From assembly GCF_963921235.1 (NCBI RefSeq), contig NC_086097.1:164550001-164614000 (forward strand): a DNA stretch of 64,000 nucleotides. Direction: 5' to 3'. The notes under the pieces were generated by a model, which had not been told where the DNA came from, did not search any database, and worked only from the letters and a program-made list of their open reading frames with translations. The translations under genes and the position numbers were made by a program. The stretch comes from Mobula hypostoma. Its lineage: Eukaryota. Positions within the stretch are counted from its first letter, which is position 1. The number at the start of each line of letters is the position of its first letter. Below are positions 1 through 11,100 of this stretch, piece after piece.

Positions 1-1
1 C

Positions 2-271
2 TGAGAAATATTCTTTGAATTTGTCCTGCACTGTTTTGTGCTCCTTTTCCTGAGCATCTAATCCACCCATGACATCATCTGCTTTGTCACCCATGCAGTA
101 CATCAGTGTGCTTATTTGATGCTGTCCTGAAGCTTCAGTGAGATTGCTTGAAACTCTAAATCTCTCAAAGCATCTGAGCCATCTCTCAAAGTCCCCTGCT
201 TTACAGAAATCAAATGTCTCAGGGGGCTGTATTAGGTAAGTAGATGTAGGTGCTGAAGGTGTTTGCTCCAT
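2..271 (-). mobile_element. Ty3/Gypsy LTR retrotransposon gag N-terminus (runs off window edge)
   Basis: Manual minus-strand translation from the ATG at 271: MEQTPSAPTSTYLIQPPETFDFCKAGDFERWLRCFERFRVSSNLTEASGQHQISTLMYCMGDKADDV... This fits the PPE-FDF / W-R-FERFR / Q-TL-Y-MG-A-D pattern of fish Gypsy gag. It is absent from the ORF track because there is no stop in the window. Confidence 0.8.
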
Positions 272-285
272 TTCCTGTTTGTTTA

Positions 286-2565
286 TGTCAATACCTCCAG
301 TTGAACGCTGTCTTTTTGTGTGTTTCCCCCTAGCTGTTAGTCTGTGGTTTTGTATTGCCATGTGCTCTACTCCAGCCCCTGTAGTACTGAGTACTCTGTC
401 TCTCTTCTGTTTCTCATTATTACCTGTATTGCTGCCACCTGTGTCTCATTGTGCTCCACCTATCATCTGCCTCTCTGTTTATTTTTCAGTGTATTTCAGT
501 CCTGTGTTTTCAGCTGTTTGTTGCCAGATTGTGCCAGTGAGTTTTCCTGAGCCTTTCCTGCATTTGTATCTGTACTCTGTCTGTCTGAATATCATAGAAA
601 CATAGAAACATAGAAAATAGGTGCAGGAGTAGGCCATTCGGCCCTTCGAGCCTGCACCGCCATTTATTATGATCATGGCTGATCATCCAACTCAGAACCC
701 CGCCCCAGCCTTCCCTCCATACCCCCTGACCCCTGTAGCCACAAGGGCCATATCTAACTCCCTCTTAAACATAGCCAATGAACTGGCCTCAACAGTTTCC
801 TGTGGCAGAGAATTCCACAGATTCACCACTCTCTGTGTGAAGAAGTTTTTCCTAATCTCAGTCCTAAAAGGCTTCCCCTCTATCCTCAAACTGTGACCCC
901 TCGTTCTGGACTTCCCCAACATCGGGAACAATCTTCCTGCATCTAGCCTGTCCAATCCCTTTAGGATCTTATACGTTTCAATCAGATCCCCCCTCAATCT
1001 TCTAAATTCCAACGAGTACAAGCCCAGTTCATCCAGTCTTTCTTCATATGAAAGTCCTGCCATCCCAGGAATCAATCTGGTGAACCTTCTTTGCACTCCC
1101 TCTATGGCAAAGATGTCTTTCCTCAGATTAGGGGACCAAAACTGCACACAATACTCCAGGTGTGGTCTCACCAAGGCCTTGTACAACTGCAGTAGTACCT
1201 CCCTGCTCCTGTACTCGAATCCTCTCGCTATAAATGCCAGCATACCATTCGCCTTTTTCACCGCCTGCTGTACCTGCATGCCCACTTTCAATGACTGGTG
1301 TATAATGACACCCAGGTCTCGTTGCACCTCCCCTTTTCCTAATCGGCCACCATTCAGATAATAATCTGTTTTCCTATTTTTGCCACCAAAGTGGATAACT
1401 TCACATTTATCCACATTAAATTGCATCTGCCATGAGTTTGCCCACTCACCCAACCTATCCAAGTCACCCTGCATCCTCTTAGCATCCTCCTCACTGCTAA
1501 CACTGCCACCCAGCTTCGTGTCATCCGCAAATTTGGAGATGCTGCATTTAATTCCCTCATCCAAGTCATTAATATATATTGTAAACAACTGGGGTCCCAG
1601 CATTGAGCCTTGCGGTACCCCACTAGTCACCACCTGCCATTCTGAAAAGGTCCCGTTTATTCCCACTCTTTGCTTCCTGTCTGCTAACCAATTCTCCACC
1701 CACACCAATACCTTACCCCCAATACTGTGTGCTTTAAGTTTGCACACTAATCTCCTGTGTGGGACCTTGTCAAAAGCCTTTTGAAAATCCAAATATACCA
1801 CATCCACTGGTTCTCCCCTATCCACTCTACTAGTTACATCCTCAAAAAATTCTATGAGATTCGTCAGACATGATTTTCCTTTCACAAATCCATGCTGACT
1901 TTGTCCGATCATTTCACCGCTTTCCAAATGTGCTGTTATCACATCCTTGATAACTGACTCCAGCAGTTTCCCCACCACCGACGTTAGGCTAACCAGTCTA
2001 TAATTCCCCGGTTTCTCTCTCCCTCCTTTTTTAAAAAGTGGTGTTACATTAGCCACCCTCCAATCCTCAGGAACTAGTCCAGAATCTAACGAGTTTTGAA
2101 AAATTATCACTAATGCATCCACTATTTCTTGGGCTACTTCCTTAAGCACTCTGGGATGCAGACCATCTGGCCCTGGGGATTTATCTGCCTTCAATCCCTT
2201 CAATTTACCTAACACCACTTCCCTACTAACATGTATTTCACTCAGTTCCTCCATCTCACTGGACCCTCTGTCCCTTACTATTTCTGGAAGATTATTTATG
2301 TCCTCCTTAGTGAAGACAGAACCAAAGTAATTATTCAATTGGTCTGCCATGTCCTTGCTCCCCATAATCAATTTGCCTTTGCCTGTTTCCCGATATCGAC
2401 TTTGCCTGTTTCCCGATTCTGGTTTTTGGATTTCCCTGGATGTTTTGATCTCTGCCTGAACTTTGATGCCGACTTTGTTTGCACCTCTGGATTTATTACG
2501 CATTTAATATCACTGTGTGCACTGTACTGGGTCTGCGATTGGATCCCTGCTCCAGTGTCCTGACA
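286..2565 (+). mobile_element. Solo LTR (~500 bp net), interrupted by a CR1 insertion
   Basis: Termini TGTCA (286-290) and TGACA (2561-2565) are perfect inverted repeats. The 5-bp target-site duplication GTTTA is at 281-285 and 2566-2570. Orientation is inferred from composition only. Confidence 0.8.
593..2373 (-). mobile_element. Young 5'-truncated CR1 LINE with uninterrupted reverse transcriptase domain
   Basis: (ATAGAAAC)n tail at 593-617. ORF 692..2503 contains [26 protein letters not shown] and FADD motifs with no stops. Near-identical to the 3' part of the CR1 at 8131-12660. Confidence 0.95.
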
Positions 2566-2913
2566 GTTTATTATGATTTTGTTTACTTGGACTGCAAAAG
2601 TCTTCTTTTCTCTCCCTGAGAGTTTGACTGACTTCTCTGCTGTGTCTGTGTCTCTGTGCACTTCCCCAGGCTAGTGGCCCACAGATTATTACAATGTAAT
2701 CACTTTTGGGTGTAGCTTGAAGGCATGCCGAGCAACCCTGGCCAGTTTTCAGCCCATACAGTGCATACAATTAGCAAACTAGCATAGGTTGTTTAGGTTG
2801 ATTAGTCACTGGATAGTTTTCACATATAAATGCAAACAAGAACAGTCTTATTGTAAATTCTTTCTTGTTAGGGATCTCACATGGTTTGTAGCACCAATTC
2901 ATCAATGATCAAA

Positions 2914-3096
2914 CACTTCTGACACTATGTTGTGTTCGTTACTGAGGGAAAGTGCAGAGCACACCAGGATGCCAGCATGCAGGATATTCAACTGAACTTC
3001 ATTGATAACCATGCTTGTGCAGGATGTGAACTCCTCCCACTCCCATGTGGGAGTGGCTAACTGAGTGGCGTAGGAATAACATTATTAACTACCACA
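2914..3096 (-). mobile_element. 5' LTR (2928-~3096) and tRNA-Leu primer-binding site (2914-2927) of the Gypsy element whose gag starts at 271
   Basis: The minus strand reads TGTGGT...ACAACA, immediately followed by TAGTGTCAGAAGTG, a 13/14 match to the tRNA-Leu PBS TGGTGTCAGAAGTG. There is a degenerate polyA signal (CAATGAAG). The outer LTR boundary is approximate. Confidence 0.7.
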
Positions 3097-4439
3097 CAAA
3101 GATGGAGATCAGGGAGCCTGTGGCAGTTGGGATGGAGGCCAGAATTCCCAGGAGTGACCAAGAAGGAGGTCAGAGATCCTGAGTATGGTCAAAGCCAGAG
3201 TGCCAGGAGTGACTGGGGTGGAGAGTGAATGAGACAGAAACTTGAGAATTTGAGAATGGATGAAATCGGTGACCCTGGCAGTGAGGGCATTTAGGATTTT
3301 CCAGCCCATCGTATTAGAAACCTGATATTGCAGAATCAGTAATATCTTCAGTCTTACATCTTAGAATGTCTTGAAATATATATTTGCAAGTTCACTTCTT
3401 CTCATTAGAGCTTTGTGAATTGTCCTTGCAGAGTAAGAAACAATGTGTGCGGCTGGCTGTTGCTCTTCCATCTCTTAATAGTTTCTTTAATCCATTTGGG
3501 AATTTTCACTGAAACAATCAATGGTGAAACAGAAAAATCCTTCAGATTCACCAGTTATATTGCAAGGCAACCCTAAAGGGCTACTTCAGCATGGTGAGCT
3601 CAGTAATGATACTCGCCAAAAGTGCGCACTTCATTATATCCGCTTTCAGCTGATGCTCTGCCGCCATGCATTTGATTTCCCCTGAAATCACTTGGTAAAA
3701 TAGAGACATTGTGACAGTTCCATTGGAAGCAAGCATTAATTTGAAGAATGTGCTGATGGTTGCAAGCAAGCTGAATGCCCTTTGTGATTCATGTCGACAA
3801 ACCCTGCCTCTTATTGCCTCACACGGTGACAGCTTTCCATACATGTAATATCCCTGTTTGCTACAAATAGAAATCAGACAACAGTCTGACATTCTGTTAA
3901 AAGTCAGGCTCTGCTGGGGTTCCCAGTGGGCATCGCCATTTCCCCTTCAAAGGTAAGTAAAGAGAAGGAGCTGATCCATTTCTATCCTAAAACCGCTTTT
4001 ATTGCATTATTGATTTTTATATAACATCTGACCTCTTACAATTCTTCATGCTTCAATATGCATGTTTTTCATCTATTCATGATAGGATGTGATGTCACCA
4101 GCAAGCCCATGTTTTTAATCCATTTTAGACCGCCTCAGAAGCACCTTTTAGTGGGTGTGGAGCTATACACGGGACACATCAAGTCAGGATGGCAAACTTC
4201 CTTCCCTGAGGACATCAGTCAGCCCGATGGGTTGTAAAATGATAATCCATTAATTTTACAGTTACCATTAGGCACATTTTATTTCAGATTCCTAATTACC
4301 TGAATTTAATCTCCCAGCAGCTGTGGTAGGATTTGAACTCGCATCTCTGGAATTGTAGTCCTCACCTCTGGATGATGAATTAGTGTCTTAACCCATATGG
4401 TGTAATGCCATATCCTCAAGTGGACCTTCCTCAACCATG

Positions 4440-4672
4440 TTATTCTTTATTTAGAGATACAGCAGGGTAACAGGCCCCTCTGGCCCAATGAGACTGCACT
4501 TCCAATTACACCCATGTGACTAATTAACCTACTAACGTGTCACCTTTGGAATGTGAGAGGAAACCCACGCAGTCATGGGGAAATGTACAAACTCCTTACT
4601 GACAGCACAGAATTGAACCCGGATCACTGGCACTGTGATTGCATTATGTGAACTGCTACACTACCTTGCCAC
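4440..4672 (-). mobile_element. tRNA-derived SINE (V-SINE/HE1-like)
   Basis: The minus strand has an A-box-like head (GGCAAGGTAGTGTAGCAG) and a B-box (GGTTCAATTC), followed by the GGAGTTTGTACATT-CCC core. A similar copy lies at 41960-42195. Confidence 0.6.
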
Positions 4673-6389
4673 CTTAGATTGCCTATTTATCATGTGGCCA
4701 AAGGTAGAAAGGTCAAAATGAGAGTGGGTCAGAAGGTTAACAACTAGAAACTCAATCACTGCAGAGTGAACTGAAGTCTTTTACAATGTTGTCACCCAAT
4801 CTGAACTTGGTTTCTCTTATTTTTCAGATTTTCAGTAACTGAAGAGGAACAGGATAAGCTGGGTTTGATTTCCTTAGAACAGAGGAGACAGGCTGAGGAG
4901 TTACTTGATAGAAGTATGTAAGTATTCAGGGACATCGATAAAGTAGGTGGATGGTAAGAAACTTTTCCCAATAACAGAGACATCTAAAACCAGTTGAAGG
5001 TGAAGAGAAAAGGGGTTGGAGGGGATTTCAGGAAGAGCTTCTTCACTTGGGGGCAGGTTACAATCTGCTGTAGGAATTCATTTGGTCAAGCGCCATCTAT
5101 GAGAGGAAAGGAATTGTTGATGTTTTGGGCTGAAAACCTATATTAGTCCAGACCACTTTTCCCTCTAAGCTGTGCGGGTGCACGGCCACGCAGTAACTGA
5201 AATGCTCCCGCGCACACAACCTTTATTAAAAAGCCTCTGGGTGATCATTTCTATTGCCAAGGCATTGAAGGCTGTGGATCATGTGAAAGCGATGATTATA
5301 GATGGGTATTTGATGGTCAACATACAAATTGTGCACTGAATTGTCTGCTCCTGTGTTGTATGGCACACTGAATTTGCTTCATTTTGCATCTTACAGCCCC
5401 CACTCCCCTCCACCACCCTCATTTCCCCCCCCCCATCATTTCTGATCTTCTTCATCTTCTTGTATTCATCATTTCAAGTCCTCCAGAGAGCTCAGTTGTG
5501 ATAAAGAAGATGTCAGCTTCTGATACAATGCTAGGTGGCAGTATGGACTGTGAAGACAACGTAGAGCGACTTCAGAGGGATATAGACAGGCTGAGTCACT
5601 AGGCAAGGTCATGGCAGATGGAATATGATATAAAATATGTGGTTTTCTGCTTAGATAGAGAAAAAATAAAAGGTAAATTAAATTAAAAAATTAAAATCTT
5701 TCATACCAATTCACAAGGCGCTTAGAGGGACTTGAGTGCCTGTGAACCTTGCAAAGATTAAGGTGCACACATAACTAGGCAAGATATAGAAAGATTTGGT
5801 AGTAATGTGAGCAAATGGGATTAGTATGATGTGGACGATCATGGTCCGTTCCATGACCATGATTTTCCTTGGTAAATTTTTCTACAGAAGTGTTTTGCCA
5901 CTGCCTTCTTCTGGGCAGTATCTTTACAAGATGGGTAACCCCAGCCATTAAAAATACTCTTCTGAGATTGTCTGCCTGGTATCAGTGCTCACATAACTAG
6001 AACTTGAGGTACACACCAGCTGCCCATACGACCATCCTCCACCTGCTCCCATGGCTTCAGATGACCCTGATCGGGGGGCTAAACAGGTGCCACACATTGC
6101 CCAAGGGTGACCTGCGGGCTAGCAGAAGGACTGAGTGCCAAAAACCTCCTTTGGTAGAGACGCATCTCCACTCCGCCACCCTATGGAGTAGCTGGGCAAA
6201 AAGGTTGGCATGGATGTGGGAGCCAGAGGACCCATTTCTCAGTTGTACAATTCCATGATAAATCATAAAAGGCTAATTTTAAGGGTCAGCAGATTATTAG
6301 GAAGGTAAGATGTGTAGTCTTTAATGCAGGAGGATTTGGATACGAATAGTTACACCTTGCTCTAATTTCATAATGGTCTTGTCAGAGCT

Positions 6390-6715
6390 AGGATGGCACA
6401 GTGACACAGCTGGTAGAGCTGGAGCCACATTGCTCCAGTGTCCCGGGTTCAATCCTGACCTCTCATGCTGTCTCTGTGGAGTCTGCATGTTCTCCCTGTA
6501 AGCCTGTGCTTTTCATCCCACATCGTAAAAATGTAAGATAATTGGTCACTGCTGCTACTGTGTGGTAAGTGACAGATCCTGGAGGAAGTTGATTATGATT
6601 TAGAGAAAATAACAAGGGATTAGTGTGTGATTAGTATAAATGGGTGATTGATGGTCAAAGCAAAGTTAATGAGGTGACGGGACTTTTTCTGTGCTCCATG
6701 ATTCTGTGGCTCTGT
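6390..6715 (+). mobile_element. tRNA-derived SINE (V-SINE/HE1-like)
   Basis: GGCACAGTGACACAGCTGGTAGAGC head, B-box GGTTCAATCC, and core GTGGAGTCTGCATGTTCTCCC. Confidence 0.65.
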
Positions 6716-7189
6716 ATCAATAATACTGTATATATTGTAGGTTTCGTCTCCATGCCCGAGGTACGTATATTTGTGATAGAGGGAGCAGAGCAAAACTCAC
6801 TGGTACAGTGGGATTGTTGTCAGAGGAGAAATTAGCAGCCTAGGCTGATGCTCTCTTGTGTTTAGGAACGAGAGAAGTGATAACATTAAAAAAGAACAAT
6901 CTCCAATGGAGCTGATATTTTCCCTCACTGAGCATCCAGCAACAAGGTATTGCTGTCTCAAAATAAGAGGGTTAACCATCCAGGATAAAGATGGGGAAAA
7001 TATCTTTTAATTAGAGTGTGGAGAATCTTCAGAATGTTCCACTTGAGAGGTGTGGGAGCTCAGTGACCAAGTAGATTCGGGGCAAAGATAAATAGATGTT
7101 TAGATATTAAGGAAATAATGTAATAGGGATAGTGCAGAAGAGTAGAGGTAGACATTCAGCCACAACTGTTGAACATTATTGAATGGTAA

Positions 7190-7805
7190 ATAATGCCGCC
7201 AAAAGCCGAACGTCCCGCTGGCCAAACATTTTAATTCTGATTCACATTCCCGTTCCAATGTAAACACGAGGACTGTTCCTCTTCCTATAGATGCTGCCTG
7301 GCCTGCTGCGTTCACCAGCAGTTTTTGTGTGTGTTGCCGTTCCAATGTGTTGGTCCATAGCCGCCTCTTGTGCCATGCTACACTCTGGGTGAGGAACAAC
7401 ACCTTATAATCCTCTGGGTAATCTCCAATATGAATATCAACTTTTCCTTCCTGTAAAAAAAAAACTTGCCTCTCCCTCTCCTCTTCTATTCCCCCCCCCC
7501 CGCCCCCGGCCTATTACCTCTTCTCGCCTGCCTATCACCCTGCCCTGGGTCCCCTCTTCCATCACTTTCTCCTATGGACCACTGTTGTCCCCTATCAGAT
7601 TCCTTCCTCTCCAGCCCTTTAACTTTCCCACCCATCACTTCTAGCTATCCTGCTTCTTCTCCCCTCATCTTTTTTTATTCTGGCCTCTTTTCCCTTCCTT
7701 GTCAGTCTGGATGAAGGGTCTTGGCCAGAATCATCAACCGTTTATTCATTTCCATAGATGCTGCCTGACCTGCTGAGTTCCTCCACCATTTTGAGTATGT
7801 TGAAT
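7190..7805 (+). mobile_element. Penelope-like element 3' remnant containing a nested mini-insertion
   Basis: Degenerate GIY-YIG C-terminal coding sequence (HFNS-SHS, EEQHLI), a pyrimidine-rich tract, and a degenerate hammerhead/terminal repeat at ~7700-7800. Confidence 0.75.
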
Positions 7806-8130
7806 AGGTTTCTATTATTTCTGGCCAGCACCACATTGTTTTCAGATGATTCTTTCTTGCTCACTACCCTACCACAGATATTCCTCTTGTTCTTCACACT
7901 CTTCTACTTTCATTAACTAGAAGCATATTTGCATTCTAACCGTTCACAATTTTCTGTAGTCACTTAACCAATGCTTTGCTTTCAGTTCACCTTTACTTTT
8001 GTTGCACCAACCTTGGCTGCACAGTAAACAATGAACAAAAATGGAAAATGATGTAAATACTCTGCCTCGGGAAAGCAGACAGCATAGTCAAGGAACCCTC
8101 CCTGGGCATTCGCTCTTCTCCAGCTTCCTT

Positions 8131-11100
8131 TAGAAACATAGAAACATAGAAAATAGGTGCAGGAGTAGGCCATTTGGCCCTTCGAGCCTGCACCGCCATT
8201 CAGTATGATCATGGCTGATCATCCAACTCAGGACCCTGTATCAGCCCTCCCTCCGTACCCCCTGATCCCTTTAGCCACAAGGGCCATACCTAACTCCCTC
8301 TTAAATATAGCCAATGAACTGGCCTCAACTGTTTCCTGTGGCAGAGAATTCCACAGATTCACCACTCTCTGTGTTAAGAAGTTTTTCCTAATCTCAGTCC
8401 TAAAAGGCTCCCCCTTTATCCTCAAACTGTGACCCCTCGTTCTGGACTTCCCCAACATCGGGAACAATCTTCCTGCATCTAGCCTGTCCAATCCCTTTAG
8501 GATTTTATATGTTTCAATAAGATCCCCCCGCAATCTTCTAAATTCGAACGAGTATAAGCCTAGTCAATCCAGTCTTTCATCATATGAAAGTCCTGCCATC
8601 CCAGGAATCAATCTGGTGAACCTTCTTTGCACTCCCTCGATGGCAAGAATGTCTTTCCTCAGATTAAGGGATCAAAACTGCACACAATACTCCAGGTATG
8701 GTCTCACCAAGGCCTTGTACAACTGCAGTAGAACCTCCCTGCTCCTGTACTCGAATCCTCTTGCTACGAATGCTAGCATACCATTCGCCTTTTTCACCGC
8801 CTGCTGTACCTGCATGCCCACTTTCAATGACTGGTGTATAATGACACCCAGGTCTCGTTGCATCTCCCCTTTTCCTAATCGGCCACCATTCAGATAATAA
8901 TCTGTTTTCCTGTTTTTGCCACCAAAGTGGATAACCTCACATTTATCCACATTAAATTGCATCTGCCATGAATTTGCCCACTCACCAAACCTATCCAAGT
9001 CACCCTGCATCCTCTTAGCATCCTCCTCACAGCGAACACTGCTGTCCAGCTTCGTGTCATCCGCAAACTAGGAGATGCTGCATTTAATTCCCTCATTTAA
9101 GTCATTAATATATATTGTAAACAACTGGGGTCCCAGCACTGAGCCTTGTGGTACCCCACTAGTCACTGCCTGCCATTCTGAAAAGGTCCCGTTTATTCCC
9201 ACTCTTTGCTTCCTGTCTGCTAACCAATTCTCTATCAACATCAATACCTTACCCCCAATACCATGTGCTTTAAGTTTGCACACTAATCTCCTGTGTGGGA
9301 CTTTGTCAAAAGCCTTTTGAAAATCCAAATATAGCCACCATCAACTGGTTCTCCCCTATCCACTCTACTAGTTACATCCTCAAAAAATTCTATGGGATTC
9401 GTCAGACATGATTTTCCTTTCACAAATCCATGCTGACTTTGTCCGATGATTTCACCGCTTTCCAAATGTGCTGTTATCACATCTTTGATAACTGACTCTA
9501 GCATTTTGCCCACCACCGATGTTAGGCTAACCGGTCTATAATTCCCTGGTTTCTCTCTCCCTCCTTTTTTAAAAAGTGGGGTTACATTAGCCACCCTCCA
9601 ATCCTCAGGAACTAGTCCAGAATCTAAAGAGTTTTGAAAAATTATCACTAATGCATCCACTATTTCTTGGGCTACTTCCTTAAGCACTCTGGGATGCAGA
9701 ACATCTGGCCCTGGGGATTTATCTGCCTTTAATCCCTTCAATTTACCTAATACCACTTCCCTACTAACATGTATTTCCCTCAGTTCCTCCATCTCACTAG
9801 ACCCTCTGTCCCCTACGATTTCTGGCAGATTATTTATGTCCTCCTTAGTGAAGACAGAACCAAAGTAGTTATTCAATTGGTCTGCCATGTCCTTGTTCCC
9901 CATAAGCAATTCACCTGTTTCTGTCTGTAGAGGACCTACATTTGTCTTAACCAATCTTTTTCTTTTCACATATCTATAAAAGCTTTTACAGTCAGTTTTT
10001 ATGTTCCCTGCCAGTTTTCTCTCATAATCTTTTTTCCCTTTCCTAATTAAACCCTTTGTCCTCCTCTGCTGGACTCTGAATTTCTCCCAGTCCTCAGGTG
10101 AGCCACTTTTTCTGGCTAATTTGTATGCTTCTTCTTTGGAATTGATACTATCCCTAATTTCCCTTGTCAGCCATGGGTGCACCACCTTCCCTGATTTATT
10201 CTTTTGCCAAACTGGGATGCACAATTGTTGTAGTTCATCCATTAGATCTTTAAATGCTTGCCATTGCATATCCACCGTCAACCCTTTAAGTATCATTTGT
10301 CAGTCTGTCTTAGCTAATTCACGTCTCATACCTTCAAAGTTACCCTTCTTTAAGTTCAGAACCTTTGTTTCTGAATTAACTATGTCACTCTCCATCTTAA
10401 TAAAGAATTCCACCATATTATGGTCACTCTTACCCAAGGGGCCTCTCATGACAAGATTGCTAATTAGCCCTTCCTCGTTGCTCAATACCCAGTCTAGAAT
10501 AATCTGCTCTCCAGTTGGTTCATCGACATGTTGGTTCAAAAAACCATCCCGCATACATTCCAAGAAATCCTCTTCCTCAGCCCCCTTACCAATTTGGTTC
10601 ACCCAATCTATATGTAGATTGAAGTCACCCATTATAACTGCTGTTCCTTTATTGCACACATTTCTAATTTCCTGTTTAATGCCATCCCCAACCTCATTAC
10701 TACTGTTAGGTGGCCTGTACACAACTCCCACCAGCATTTTCTGCCCTTTAGTGTTATGCAGCTCTACCCATATCGATTCCACATCCTCCCGGCTAATGTC
10801 CTTCCTTTCTATTGCATTAATCTCCTCTCTAACCAGCAATGCTACCCCACCTCCTTTTCTTTCATGTCTATGCCTCCTGAATATTGAATATCCCTGAATG
10901 TTGAGCTCCCATCTTTGGTCACCCTGGAGCCATGTCCCTGTGATCCCAACTATATCATATTCATTAGTAACAATCTGCACTTTTAATTCATCTACCTTGT
11001 TATGAATGCTCCTTGCATTGACACACAAAGCCTTCAGGCTTGCTTTTACAACAGTCTTAGCCCTTATACAATTATGTTGAAAAGTGGCCCTTTTTGATTT

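Noticed and set aside
279..605. Hydrophobic 108-aa ORF resembling a membrane protein
   Set aside because: TTG start and lies in T-rich LTR sequence; compositional artefact.
6390..6465. tRNA gene
   Set aside because: A/B boxes are present but there is no full cloverleaf, and the sequence continues into a SINE core.
10121..10897. 258-aa plus-strand ORF
   Set aside because: Antisense shadow of the CR1 endonuclease coding region.
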